Below, one piece after another: positions 17,727 through 27,709 of a stretch of DNA of 64,000 bases. The notes under the pieces were generated by a model. That model saw only the letters and a list, made by a program, of their open reading frames with translations, did not search any database and was not told where the DNA came from. The first letter of the stretch is position 1; the number at the start of each line of letters is the position of its first letter. A program made the position numbers and the translations under genes. The stretch comes from Klebsiella phage NU-KP11. The DNA lies in the sequence record OR644643.1; one strand, given 5' to 3'.

Positions 17727-18785
17727 ATGAAACACAAATATGATAAAGCTGTAGTAATTGGACGTTTTCAACCTTTTCACTATGGTCATGAGAAAATGGT
17801 AAGGGAAGCCCTTGCTGTTGCTGATACGGTTTACATTCTGATCGGTTCTGCTTATGCATATCCGAACACATTAAACCCATTGACCGCTAAACAGCGTCAA
17901 GCAATGATCACTCGCTGGTCTATCTGCAAACTTGATGTTGAAGATGCAGCCAGAATCAAATTCGCGCACATTCCTGATTACCTCTATAACGAGGAAAAAT
18001 GGAAATCCCGTGTTCGTATGGCAATCGATGAAACTCGAAATGATCGAATTGCGATCGTTGGGTACGAAAAAGACAAAGATTCTTACTGGCTTAAAGCATT
18101 CGGATGGAATCATATTCCGGTTGAACCTGTGAAGGTTGGAGATCAGGATCTATCCTCGACCAATTTACGCAAAATTATCTGGGAACACCATGAAGGCTGG
18201 GACGAAGATTTGTTAAAATATGCGCCTAGCACTACGGTTTCCTTTATCGATGAATGGACACAAACAAAAGAATTCCAGCGTTTGTCCCATGAAGATGCAC
18301 ACTGGCAACGAGAGATTGACAAGTTCAAAAAATATCCGTATCCGGATTCTCTGAACTGTTGCACGGCTGATTCAGTGGTCGTATGTAATAACCACGTGTT
18401 AGTAATCCGTCGTAAGTTTGCGCCTGGTAAAGATGCGTTAGCGCTTCCGGGTGGACACAAAAACGGTAACGAAACGTTCCTTGATTGTGCGATCCGTGAA
18501 TTGCTGGAAGAAGTACGAATTAAAGTACCTGAAAAGGTTATTCGTGGTTCTATCCGTAATTCGATGCTGTTCGATCATCCGAAACGTTCGGTGTACTTCT
18601 CAAAACCCACTGTAGCACAGTATATCAAGCTCGAACCTAATAACGATGGTTCATTGCCTCGTATTATGGGCGGCTCTGATGATGCAGCAGACGCGTTCTG
18701 GCTACCGATGCACGAAGTGATCGCGATGCGGGATCTATTCTTCGATGATCATTATCAAATCATCGTAGCATTTACCGGAATTTAA
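17727..18785 (+). CDS. bifunctional NMN adenylyltransferase / Nudix hydrolase (NadM-Nudix, KVP40 NatV-like)
   Basis: VVIGRFQPFHYGHEKM (HxGH nucleotidyltransferase) N-term; Nudix box GGHKNGNETFLDCAIRELLEEV C-term. Confidence 0.7.
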   Translation: MKHKYDKAVVIGRFQPFHYGHEKMVREALAVADTVYILIGSAYAYPNTLNPLTAKQRQAMITRWSICKLDVEDAARIKFAHIPDYLYNEEKWKSRVRMAIDETRNDRIAIVGYEKDKDSYWLKAFGWNHIPVEPVKVGDQDLSSTNLRKIIWEHHEGWDEDLLKYAPSTTVSFIDEWTQTKEFQRLSHEDAHWQREIDKFKKYPYPDSLNCCTADSVVVCNNHVLVIRRKFAPGKDALALPGGHKNGNETFLDCAIRELLEEVRIKVPEKVIRGSIRNSMLFDHPKRSVYFSKPTVAQYIKLEPNNDGSLPRIMGGSDDAADAFWLPMHEVIAMRDLFFDDHYQIIVAFTGI

Positions 18786-18789
18786 AACA

Positions 18790-18853
18790 AAGCCCTTGAC
18801 TTAGGTCAGGGGCTTTTGCTATATTGGGCCTACAGAAACAAAAGAGGCTTATT
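18790..18853 (+). promoter_or_regulatory. Terminator/promoter module AAAGCCCTTGACTTAGGTCAGGGGCTTTTGCTATATT + leader CAGAAACAAAAGAGG
   Basis: repeat of 11776 module. Confidence 0.6.
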
Positions 18854-19123
18854 ATGAAACATCCCTATTGTCTTGTTACCCGTCCGATTTGTCCAGGTGG
18901 GTTGCCTGTTGCCTGTTGGCAGTTGATTGAAAAGGGTGATGCGTTTTTAAACAAACGCGGTGAGAATGTTTTCGTTTACGGTGTTAACTCAATCGATAAT
19001 GAAACTATGGTTATCACCGATGAGAAAACAAATGAAAAATATACGTTGACATCCGAACACGATTGTCGTAATTTTAACGTATATTGGAAATCTGATGAAG
19101 AATTTGAAACTGTGAGGAAATGA
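18854..19123 (+). CDS. hypothetical protein (89 aa)
   Basis: trimmed to ATG after leader. Confidence 0.5.
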   Translation: MKHPYCLVTRPICPGGLPVACWQLIEKGDAFLNKRGENVFVYGVNSIDNETMVITDEKTNEKYTLTSEHDCRNFNVYWKSDEEFETVRK

Positions 19124-19731
19124 TTATGATCCCTGTTATTAGTGCTCGTGAACAAGTAGCAAAACCCCGTGGTGTTAAAGTTGGTGATTTTCTGGACGTG
19201 AGTTTTACCTGTGGAGAAACTCAGAAGCAACACAAAGAATCTTTCAGCGTGATCCTTGTATCTAAAGATTCTGATGGTTCAATGGTTTACATTCTGCATA
19301 AAGTAGGAACCGCCCGTGTTCAGGGTCATGTAATGATTATCTCAGTATATCCTGGCGGAGATAAAGTATCTTCTCAGTGTTTAGATAAAGTGACTGCTCG
19401 ATATCTGAGAGATAGTGTTTTCATGGCGGAGATTAGCAAAATTTATGTTAATTCTCGTTCTGCTGTTGATGGTATTGTTACCCATGTAGGCGATGAATTA
19501 ATGTTTACCGAAAAATCTCATGAATCGGTTAGACGTGCTGTTAAAGTTGGTGATAAACTCGGAAGCCCTCGCCGTGATTATGTGGTTGAATACATTACCT
19601 CTTCTGGTGATATCATCGTGAAGGCAGAAAAAGGTTCTACCGTTGTTATTTCCCGCCGCGATAAAAAACTGATTGAATCACTCAATCAGAATCTGGAATG
19701 GATCGATGAATCAGAGGTGTACGCTGCATGA
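19120..19731 (+). CDS. hypothetical protein with internal duplicated VKVGD... repeat (203 aa)
   Basis: ATGA coupling; first gene of a 7-gene overlapping operon. Confidence 0.5.
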   Translation: MIMIPVISAREQVAKPRGVKVGDFLDVSFTCGETQKQHKESFSVILVSKDSDGSMVYILHKVGTARVQGHVMIISVYPGGDKVSSQCLDKVTARYLRDSVFMAEISKIYVNSRSAVDGIVTHVGDELMFTEKSHESVRRAVKVGDKLGSPRRDYVVEYITSSGDIIVKAEKGSTVVISRRDKKLIESLNQNLEWIDESEVYAA

Positions 19732-19955
19732 AACCTCGCTTGATTATGTCGGATATAGTGATTGTCAACAACGAAGAATACTATGTTGCAGACATTAACA
19801 CGAAGGGAACCCGCGAGATTTTGGATCTGGAGTGTGTTAGGGGTGGCGAAAACCGATTCGTTGTGATAACATACAACAGAAGCAGTAAAGAAACGTTGGG
19901 TGTGCCTGTTCCCGTTCACTACTGTGAAAAAACTAATTGCTGGAGACGTAAATGA
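19728..19955 (+). CDS. hypothetical protein (75 aa)
   Basis: ATGA coupling. Confidence 0.5.
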   Translation: MKPRLIMSDIVIVNNEEYYVADINTKGTREILDLECVRGGENRFVVITYNRSSKETLGVPVPVHYCEKTNCWRRK

Positions 19956-20329
19956 TTGATTTAAGTGATGTGAAAGTTGGTGATACGTTGTATGATGCTG
20001 GGATCCGTAGTGACCAGCGACAAAATCGCAACCCCAAAACCCTTTACGTACAAAAAGTTGCGCGTCAGTACCTGTATGCATCTTTCCGACCGGAAGATGG
20101 GTCTGATTGTTGTACTAATATTAAAATCAAGCGCAATTCCGGATGGGCTGAGGGGTGGATGGGGTATCAACTGTATCGTAGCGAAGAAGAATATAAAGAA
20201 ATGGTGTACCGCCGCGATTTGTGTGATAAGATTAAAAAAGTATTTGGGAACAGCTACGGAACAAACATCCCTGATATTACTACCGCTGAATTGCGCGGGA
20301 TTGCAAAAACATTAAAGGTTGAATTCTGA
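19952..20329 (+). CDS. hypothetical protein (125 aa)
   Basis: ATGA coupling. Confidence 0.5.
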   Translation: MIDLSDVKVGDTLYDAGIRSDQRQNRNPKTLYVQKVARQYLYASFRPEDGSDCCTNIKIKRNSGWAEGWMGYQLYRSEEEYKEMVYRRDLCDKIKKVFGNSYGTNIPDITTAELRGIAKTLKVEF

Positions 20330-21336
20330 TGAAAATGATTATGGAAACCGTATTTGGTTCTCACCTGTACGGACTGGAAACACCAACAAGCGATAAAGAC
20401 TACAAAGGGATCTATCTCCCTCATCCTCGCGAAATCCTGTTAGGTACTGCGAAGAAGTCTATTGATACATCAACTGGCGATAAAAACTCAAAGAACGGTG
20501 TTAATGACGTAGACCGTCAGATTTACAGTCTGCAAAAGTTTATCAGCCTCGCATGTGATGGTGACACCGTGGCGATTGATATGCTTCATGCAGATGATAG
20601 CAAACTGATCGCTAACTCTGATATCTGGCAATATCTCCGCGCTAACCGTTCACGCTTCTACACTACGGAACTAACTGGTCTGTTTGGTTATGTTCGTAAG
20701 CAAGCGGCGAAGTATGGCGTTAAAGGTTCTCGCCTGGCTGCACTGCGTGAAGTTGTTGATGTGTTACAGATGATTCCTGATTACTGGTATGGCACATCAT
20801 TGCTGGGTAACGTGGATGAATCTAATTACGGCAAGCGCATCAAAGTTGGTGAGATTTCTAACCGATTCCCGACCAACGAGTTTTGTCGATTCGTTACAGA
20901 CAAAACACTGAAATCAGGTTGTCAGGATTTTTACGAAGTTCTGGGGCGTAAATTCCAGTCTACAATCACCGTAGCAGAAATGAAGAAATCCGTGTATAAA
21001 CTCTGGGATGAATACGGGGAACGCGCACGGCAAGCAGAAGCCAACAACGGGATCGACTGGAAAGCTCTTTCTCATGCATTGCGCGGTGGTATGCAGTTAA
21101 TCCAGATTTTCAAAGAAGGTGATATTGTGTATCCTCTTCCGGATAGCGCATTTTTGAAAATGGTTAAAGCTGGCGGTGTTCCTTTCGCAACCGTACAAGA
21201 GGCGCTAGAATCAACGATGTGTGAAGTTGAAAAGCTGGCGGCTGTATCTGGTTATCCGAAAGAAGTTGATCGAGATTTCTGGAATGATTTCATTGAACGT
21301 GTGTATTCTGAACATGTTGTGAGGTACTACAAATGA
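20329..21336 (+). CDS. Pol-beta-superfamily nucleotidyltransferase (GS-x10-DxD: FGSHLYGLETPTSDKDYKGIY)
   Basis: motif in translation; ATGA coupling. Confidence 0.5.
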   Translation: MKMIMETVFGSHLYGLETPTSDKDYKGIYLPHPREILLGTAKKSIDTSTGDKNSKNGVNDVDRQIYSLQKFISLACDGDTVAIDMLHADDSKLIANSDIWQYLRANRSRFYTTELTGLFGYVRKQAAKYGVKGSRLAALREVVDVLQMIPDYWYGTSLLGNVDESNYGKRIKVGEISNRFPTNEFCRFVTDKTLKSGCQDFYEVLGRKFQSTITVAEMKKSVYKLWDEYGERARQAEANNGIDWKALSHALRGGMQLIQIFKEGDIVYPLPDSAFLKMVKAGGVPFATVQEALESTMCEVEKLAAVSGYPKEVDRDFWNDFIERVYSEHVVRYYK

Positions 21337-21578
21337 CATACCCGAAATTATCCGGCGCTGAAATTGATGTTCTGTGTAAACTTTACGGATACTCATCAAA
21401 AATGTTAGATTTGGATTTCAACGATGTACCCAGTAAATCAGGGCGTGATGCCCTGATTCAAAAAGGTTATGCATCTATGGCGTTTAGTTCACCAACGAAA
21501 AATACTGATATGTGTTTAGTGATCACCCCTTTGGGCGTTGACGCTTATAAACACGGAATTGAAACGGAGTGGCGCTAA
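21333..21578 (+). CDS. hypothetical protein (81 aa)
   Basis: ATGA coupling. Confidence 0.5.
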   Translation: MTYPKLSGAEIDVLCKLYGYSSKMLDLDFNDVPSKSGRDALIQKGYASMAFSSPTKNTDMCLVITPLGVDAYKHGIETEWR

Positions 21579-21841
21579 TGACTGATGTTATTTTGAACGT
21601 TAAAGATATTGTACTGGGCGATAAAGTCAAAAACCCAGACGCGGTTACACTGGAACAGGCTGTTGTTAATATTATGCGCGATAGCCTCCGCCTGGAAGTT
21701 AACGAGATTACAGAAACTTGTTATACAGGTGGACTTTGTGGTCAATCTCTTTATCGTGATGCAAAAAGCGTGAATATTCAGCTATGGGCTGATATTGGCG
21801 AAGAATCATACAAAATCGATGAGGTTGATTTCGACGTATGA
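21569..21841 (+). CDS. hypothetical protein (90 aa)
   Basis: overlap coupling. Confidence 0.5.
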   Translation: MALMTDVILNVKDIVLGDKVKNPDAVTLEQAVVNIMRDSLRLEVNEITETCYTGGLCGQSLYRDAKSVNIQLWADIGEESYKIDEVDFDV

Positions 21842-22749
21842 AAATAATTGACCTTTGCGCTGGTGTTGGTGGCGTGAGGCTCGGTTTCGATAAGGCATTC
21901 GGCGGGGTCGAATGCCTTTTAACGTCTGAAATCGATAAACATGCACAACAAACATATGCTGATAACTGGGGTGATGAAAATATTCAGGGTGATATATTCG
22001 CCATTGATGAAAACGATGTACCCGATCACGATATCCTGTTGGCGGGATTTCCTTGTCAGGCGTTCAGTAAAGCAGGGTTAAAACAGGGCATGTTAGATCC
22101 TCGCGGTACTATCATCTTTGAAATACTCCGCATTATACGGGCTAAAAAGCCCTCTGTGCTGTTCTTTGAGAATGTTCCCCAGCTATTAACCCATGACAAG
22201 GGAAACACGTTTAAAACCATCTACAGGCTGTTACAGGACGAAGGATACGATATCCATTATCAGGTAATGAATACAAAAGACTTTGGATTGCCTCAACGAA
22301 GAGAGCGCGTGTTTATTGTCTGCTTTCGCGATCCGGTGTTCTTTAGTTTTCCTGTTCCTCCACGTACCCCAACAAGGGTCGGTGACATTCTCGAACCGGA
22401 TAATGATCAATACACCATATCAGATCGTGCCTGGAAGGGCTTTAGAGAGCGTAAAAAACGAAACAAGGCAAACGGTAAGGGGTTTGGCTATCAGGCCGTT
22501 ACAGTTGATTCTGTGTGTACTGGGACGATAACAGCCCAATACTATAAGGATGGTGTTCAATGTCTGGTATTGCAGGAAGGTAAGAACCCTCGAATGTTAT
22601 CACCTCGCGAGTGTTTCCGGTTGCAAGGATTTCCGGATTCATTCAAGATGCATAAGAGCAAAACACAGGCGTACAAACAAGCGGGTAACTCTGTATCTGT
22701 TCCGGTGATCGAAGCAATTGCAAAACAAATCAAAAAAGCGCTTGCATAG
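21838..22749 (+). CDS. DNA (cytosine-5)-methyltransferase
   Basis: Motif I DLCAGVGG, motif IV GFPCQAFS, ENVP motif. Confidence 0.85.
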   Translation: MKIIDLCAGVGGVRLGFDKAFGGVECLLTSEIDKHAQQTYADNWGDENIQGDIFAIDENDVPDHDILLAGFPCQAFSKAGLKQGMLDPRGTIIFEILRIIRAKKPSVLFFENVPQLLTHDKGNTFKTIYRLLQDEGYDIHYQVMNTKDFGLPQRRERVFIVCFRDPVFFSFPVPPRTPTRVGDILEPDNDQYTISDRAWKGFRERKKRNKANGKGFGYQAVTVDSVCTGTITAQYYKDGVQCLVLQEGKNPRMLSPRECFRLQGFPDSFKMHKSKTQAYKQAGNSVSVPVIEAIAKQIKKALA

Positions 22750-22756
22750 GATAACA

Positions 22757-22807
22757 AAGAATAGTATAGTGACCTTGTTGAAACGAAACTGACAAAAGGA
22801 ACATACC
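22757..22807 (+). promoter_or_regulatory. Early promoter -35 TTGCAT, -10 TATAGT, leader TTGAAACGAAACTGAC
   Basis: repeated module. Confidence 0.5.
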
Positions 22808-23086
22808 ATGACTTTTAATGACCTGTTTAACGGATGTACTGGTGCTGGCGCGAAATTCAATCTTCTGAAAGATTACCCGCTGGGTTCTAATCCTGGTTAT
22901 GTGATGGTTGAAGTTCGCAACGGTGAATACTATAACGTGTTCATGTGGGATCGCTCTTTCTCTTACTGCTGGTTCGGTGCGAAATATAAACCAGATTACA
23001 TTCTGGAGCAAATCGAAACAGTGAAAGCTAAAAATCCTGAACTGTATGCATTCGCAGAGTCTATTCGTGGTGTGTTCGGGCATTAA
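22808..23086 (+). CDS. hypothetical protein (92 aa)
   Basis: ORF track. Confidence 0.55.
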   Translation: MTFNDLFNGCTGAGAKFNLLKDYPLGSNPGYVMVEVRNGEYYNVFMWDRSFSYCWFGAKYKPDYILEQIETVKAKNPELYAFAESIRGVFGH

Positions 23087-23089
23087 TTA

Positions 23090-23114
23090 AACAAGCCCCG
23101 AAAGGGGCTTTTTC
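23090..23114 (+). terminator. Rho-independent terminator AGCCCCGAAAGGGGCT + T5
   Basis: hairpin + T-run. Confidence 0.75.
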
Positions 23115-23125
23115 GTGAGGTTTAT

Positions 23126-23293
23126 ATGATTACCGAAGTTATTGAAATGGTTTTATACGCGTTAACTTTTGTCCTCTTGTTCCTTAGTGCGGAGTGGACT
23201 AGTCGCGGAAATGTAGTAATGGCCCGTATTTGTGCGGTTGCTGTGTTCTGGATCCTGGGTTTACTGCTGGTTAGCATCGTTAGGGGGTGGTGA
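23126..23293 (+). CDS. small two-TM membrane protein (55 aa, not in track)
   Basis: SD GTGAGG; hydrophobic. Confidence 0.4.
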   Translation: MITEVIEMVLYALTFVLLFLSAEWTSRGNVVMARICAVAVFWILGLLLVSIVRGW

Positions 23294-23580
23294 TGATTTA
23301 CGTAGCTTCTTATAGTGCTGATTATGAATTCACTGAAATTGCCCATGTTTCTGAATCATTGCAAAACTGCGTTGATGCGCTGAACAAAGTTCCTAATTTC
23401 CCTTATCTTGGTGATCATGTTACTATTGATGTATGGGAAAATGAAAAAATCATTGCAAAAAGTTCAACATTCGGGCATCGCGATGTATGGGATGATGAAT
23501 CACTACAGTACAACGAAATCCCCGTAACTTTTGAAGAGGTTATGAAAAACATGAAGGAAGTGAAAGATGAACATCTATAG
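23293..23580 (+). CDS. hypothetical protein (95 aa)
   Basis: ATGA coupling. Confidence 0.5.
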   Translation: MIYVASYSADYEFTEIAHVSESLQNCVDALNKVPNFPYLGDHVTIDVWENEKIIAKSSTFGHRDVWDDESLQYNEIPVTFEEVMKNMKEVKDEHL

Positions 23581-23806
23581 CATTGAGTTGATTTTTGATG
23601 ACCGTTTTGAGCAAACGTCTGATTGTGTATGTTCTACTGTTGACCTGAACGTCGCGATCAAATACATTAAACATACACCGCTTCCGTCGTTGCATTACTA
23701 TTGTGTAACCGTGTTTGATGGATTCACAGGAAAGCCAACACATCGTTGTACTGTTGGTTATAACGAAAGAAAACATTTCACTGCGTTTGAGTGGGAGAAA
23801 TTATAA
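23567..23806 (+). CDS. hypothetical protein (79 aa)
   Basis: ORF track. Confidence 0.45.
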   Translation: MNIYSIELIFDDRFEQTSDCVCSTVDLNVAIKYIKHTPLPSLHYYCVTVFDGFTGKPTHRCTVGYNERKHFTAFEWEKL

Positions 23807-24321
23807 TGAAGATCCGTTCTGGTTTTGTGAGCAATAGTTCATCAAGTAGTTTCATCGTCCGGTTCCCGAAGGATCCGACTGATATCAACAATCTCCGCGA
23901 AATGATGGGTGATTGTGTTCCTAACTGTGGTTATAGCTGGATGACTTGCCCGACAGCGGAAGAAGTTGTACAGCAAGTACACCGCGACCTGGGAGGTCAT
24001 ATGGGGAATGGCTTTGAATCATACTATGATGATAAGCGTTATGAATGGGAAACCGAAGATAGCGCCGAAACTCGATATCGGTCTAATCCTCAAATTGCGC
24101 TTGCTTATGATGGGCGTGACTGGTATGATCTGGAAACAGAAGAGAAAGACGCTCTGATCAAGATGTGGTTGTATGAAGAGTACAACTCTAAATTTGGCAA
24201 TCAGGACGGTGTATTCATTTATGAATTTACTTACTCTGATGAATGCGGAGAATTCCAATCCCAGCTTGAACACGGGCAAATTTTCCGTAATCTGGAACAC
24301 ACTATGAAGAGTCATCACTGA
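23806..24321 (+). CDS. paralog A of MKIRSGFVSNSSSSSF-leader family (171 aa)
   Basis: N-terminal 16 aa identical to ORF 27706..28176 with synonymous DNA differences. Confidence 0.55.
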   Translation: MKIRSGFVSNSSSSSFIVRFPKDPTDINNLREMMGDCVPNCGYSWMTCPTAEEVVQQVHRDLGGHMGNGFESYYDDKRYEWETEDSAETRYRSNPQIALAYDGRDWYDLETEEKDALIKMWLYEEYNSKFGNQDGVFIYEFTYSDECGEFQSQLEHGQIFRNLEHTMKSHH

Positions 24322-24641
24322 TGGAATACGAAATCTGTGTAAAAATGCCCCCCTATCAACTGGGGGAAGAAATAACGTTTAGTCAAACTCTACCAGTACC
24401 GATTGATTTATTTTCTTTGCGAAAATATCTTGAACGGTTTGATCTGAATGAGTATACTATTCAAATCGTAAGGATTAAAAATCCTGTTGCCTACGCTCTG
24501 TCTTTTGACGTTGGCGAGTCTCAAACAACAACGATGGATGATTTTGTTTCATTGTTGAGTAGTAAGTTTGGATGCGATGATGCATTAGATACTATTAGCA
24601 AAAAAGTAAACGAAATTTTAATCAAATTTACCTATAAATGA
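24321..24641 (+). CDS. hypothetical protein (106 aa)
   Basis: ATGA coupling. Confidence 0.5.
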   Translation: MEYEICVKMPPYQLGEEITFSQTLPVPIDLFSLRKYLERFDLNEYTIQIVRIKNPVAYALSFDVGESQTTTMDDFVSLLSSKFGCDDALDTISKKVNEILIKFTYK

Positions 24642-24648
24642 GAAAATT

Positions 24649-26865
24649 ATGATCACTAACATTGAATTCAAAAACGCCGTAGCCAAACCAACCCCGACTA
24701 ACCACGTTTTTGTTTGTGACGTATCCGGATCGATGTATAACGAACTCCCGCGCATTCGTCAGCACCTGAAAAACAACCTGGCAACGCTGGTTAAGCAGGA
24801 TGATACCGTATCTATTCTGTATTTCTCCAGCCGTGGTCAGTTCGGTTCTGTATTCGTGGGCGAAAAGGTTAGCTCTGTATCCGACCTGAGCAAAATCAAT
24901 GATGCTATCGATCGTTATCTGCGTCCGACCGGATGTACTGGCTTCGTTGAACCTCTGCAACTGGCGGTTGAAGTCGCTACCGATCTGCAAGCGGATAATG
25001 GCAATCTGAACAGTCTGATCTTCCTGACTGATGGTTATGATAACTGCTGGCGTACTGATGACATCCTGAAAGCGTGTTCTACTCTGCCGTTGACGTTTAA
25101 CAACATTGCTTTCCTGGAATATGGTTATTATGTAAACCGTCCTCTGCTGGAAAAAATGGCGGAAGCAACCAACGCATTACACAAATTCGTTGAAGGGTTT
25201 GATGCGTATGTACCTGCATTTGATGAAATCATTACCGCGCAAACCTCCGCACGTGTTGAAGTCAAAGTTGGCGATGCAACCCATGCGATCTACCTGGATG
25301 AAGGCCGTGTGTATGTCCTGAATGCTGCAAATGGTGTTGTTCTGGTTCCGGAACATATCAAAAACATTTGGGCGCTGGGTGAAAACGCGATCAATGACGT
25401 TGACGGCTTCGATCCGGCAACAGCAGAAGGTGAACAGGTTCTGTATGTGGTTCTGTATCATGCGCTTCATACCATGAATCCAGATCTGGCATGGAAAGTT
25501 CTGAAAAAGCTGGGTGATGTGCGTCTGATTAAAGCATACGATAACTGCTTTACCAAACAGGATTATTCCAACGCTAAAGATATGATCTCCGAAGCGGTTG
25601 TTGATCCGGCTAAACGTCTGATGGATGGTGTTGATTACAACATGGTTCCTGATGAAAATGCGTTTACTCTGGTTGATGCTCTCGAACTGCTGGCAGAAAC
25701 CGACACCGTGATCGACCTGTCTTCTGAACACTGGGCGTACAATCGTACAGGCCGTCAGACTGTCCAGAAAGATGATGATACGCTGGATAAACTGTCAGAA
25801 CAGATTGCAAACGCTTCTACTCCGGAAGAACGTAAAGCACTGGCGGCGCAACTGGTAGCGCATGAAGTATGGAAACCGGAATTTACCCAAACCACAACGA
25901 AAGTTGCAGTGAAACACCTGGTGGGTAACAGTTCCCGTCCGAACATTTCCATCAATACGGATCTACAAGGTTATGTAACCATTCCGGAAAGCAAACAAAA
26001 AGAGTTTGGATTACCGGAAAAAGTAGAAACCAAACAAGTGCGTAACTTTACCATTGTTAAAGATGGTATCGTGAACGTTAAAGTACTGCCGCTGGAAACT
26101 GATATTCCGACTCTGAAAAACTTACGTGCTTCTGGTCTGACTATCAAACCGCTGGCGAAAATTGGTGAAGACCGTATGTCTGTACTGGTTGACTTTACCT
26201 CTCTGCCTCTGGTTAACCGTTCGATGACTCGCGGTATTTCTGGTAAGGAATTTGTTGCTGATAACGTCCGTCTGGAAATCCTGAAAGGCCGTCAGAAGGT
26301 AATGAAGTTCTTCCGTGATAACGCGATTGGTTTACGCAACGCAGAAGGGCTTAAACAGCGCTTTGGTGAGGCGGCTGGTGAATGGTTGTCTGAGCAAGGG
26401 ATCCGTGATTACGGCTTCTCTCCGAAGGTTGAGCGCACAGAATCGACTGATGTTTACATGTCGAAAGAACTGAACGTGAAAATCAAAGGCGTTTCATCAC
26501 TTCCGGCTGTTGCGGCTACCGTTGCAAAACGCGCCGAAGGTAAGAAGAAACTCAACAATGGTGACCTGATCATTCTGTGGGCTTACGATACCGTATCTAA
26601 AGAGATCGAAGCGCTTGACAAGAATGACCTGATCGAGTATCTTGATAAGCAGACAAAGGAAACTATTAAAGAGGTTCGCGCCCTTAATAATCGCCTGAGT
26701 CGTGTAATGTACGGTATTGTCGTCGGACACGCATGGTTTGCGGATCTGGATTTCGAAGAAACCAGCGTAAGCGTTACCGCAACAGATATCGTTGCAGCGG
26801 AATTCTGGAAAGATGTGAAATTTGATTGCACAATCGTTCTGGAAGAAAAAGAAGTCAAACTCTAA
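24649..26865 (+). CDS. large von Willebrand factor A (vWA) domain protein (738 aa)
   Basis: MIDAS motif VFVCDVSGSMYN near N-terminus. Confidence 0.7.
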   Translation: MITNIEFKNAVAKPTPTNHVFVCDVSGSMYNELPRIRQHLKNNLATLVKQDDTVSILYFSSRGQFGSVFVGEKVSSVSDLSKINDAIDRYLRPTGCTGFVEPLQLAVEVATDLQADNGNLNSLIFLTDGYDNCWRTDDILKACSTLPLTFNNIAFLEYGYYVNRPLLEKMAEATNALHKFVEGFDAYVPAFDEIITAQTSARVEVKVGDATHAIYLDEGRVYVLNAANGVVLVPEHIKNIWALGENAINDVDGFDPATAEGEQVLYVVLYHALHTMNPDLAWKVLKKLGDVRLIKAYDNCFTKQDYSNAKDMISEAVVDPAKRLMDGVDYNMVPDENAFTLVDALELLAETDTVIDLSSEHWAYNRTGRQTVQKDDDTLDKLSEQIANASTPEERKALAAQLVAHEVWKPEFTQTTTKVAVKHLVGNSSRPNISINTDLQGYVTIPESKQKEFGLPEKVETKQVRNFTIVKDGIVNVKVLPLETDIPTLKNLRASGLTIKPLAKIGEDRMSVLVDFTSLPLVNRSMTRGISGKEFVADNVRLEILKGRQKVMKFFRDNAIGLRNAEGLKQRFGEAAGEWLSEQGIRDYGFSPKVERTESTDVYMSKELNVKIKGVSSLPAVAATVAKRAEGKKKLNNGDLIILWAYDTVSKEIEALDKNDLIEYLDKQTKETIKEVRALNNRLSRVMYGIVVGHAWFADLDFEETSVSVTATDIVAAEFWKDVKFDCTIVLEEKEVKL

Positions 26866-26903
26866 TGAGATCTCGCCCCCGAAAGGGGGCTTTGAGGTGA
26901 CTT

Positions 26904-27554
26904 GTGGAATTACTTGAATTGGACTTTAAAAATCTTATGAATATATGTGAACTGAATCAAGGTGACATCCTTTATTTCTCCAATCGTGATGGGTTTCGTA
27001 ATTCCCGTCCTGAAAACATCGGCTTTCATTCACAGCTACCTGATTTCATCGTCGTTGATGATGTCCGGTTAACAGATAACGGCTGGCAGGTTGATGTAGT
27101 CGGATTCAAAAATAACAATGGTGCTATCGTATGGCGTCCTGGTTCTATTGATGAGTCGGTGTATTTTAACAACATTCGTGTAAACATCGATGAAATCGGA
27201 ACCGATCTGAGCGAAGTTCGGGAATCTCCGTATGTGTTCAGCAACTGGTTTAAAGTTGGTGGCGCGTATCGTTCTGATAACACAACCGTTGTGTATGTTG
27301 ATAGTTTGATGTCTGGTATGGTTAACTTCAACCCGTCATTACCTGGCAACAACGGCACGATGATGGACATTTTCAGAGATTATAATCGTTCTGGAACAAT
27401 GTTACCTTCTGAAAAAGCATATGTTATCAATCGTTGTTTGAAAGGGCTGTACCAGGATATGCTTACCTATAACGAAGGTAACGTAAAAGATGCGCTTCAC
27501 GATCTGAATAAGATCCTGAAAGAAGTTTCTATGAGAATGGATACCCGCAAATGA
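26904..27554 (+). CDS. hypothetical protein (216 aa, GTG start with SD GAGGTGA)
   Basis: ORF track. Confidence 0.5.
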   Translation: MELLELDFKNLMNICELNQGDILYFSNRDGFRNSRPENIGFHSQLPDFIVVDDVRLTDNGWQVDVVGFKNNNGAIVWRPGSIDESVYFNNIRVNIDEIGTDLSEVRESPYVFSNWFKVGGAYRSDNTTVVYVDSLMSGMVNFNPSLPGNNGTMMDIFRDYNRSGTMLPSEKAYVINRCLKGLYQDMLTYNEGNVKDALHDLNKILKEVSMRMDTRK

Positions 27555-27709
27555 TTTCTTTATTCGCGTTCGTTTCAGTTGTTGTATTGATTTTCGCTGG
27601 AGGTGTTATCTATCATGGGTGTGACCGTCGTGAAGATAAGGTCATTCTATGGGGTATCGTCTTTGCGCTAATCCCTCTATTCATGATTGGTAATATGGTG
27701 ATGCGATGA
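27551..27709 (+). CDS. small two-TM membrane protein (52 aa, not in track)
   Basis: ATGA coupling both sides. Confidence 0.4.
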   Translation: MISLFAFVSVVVLIFAGGVIYHGCDRREDKVILWGIVFALIPLFMIGNMVMR

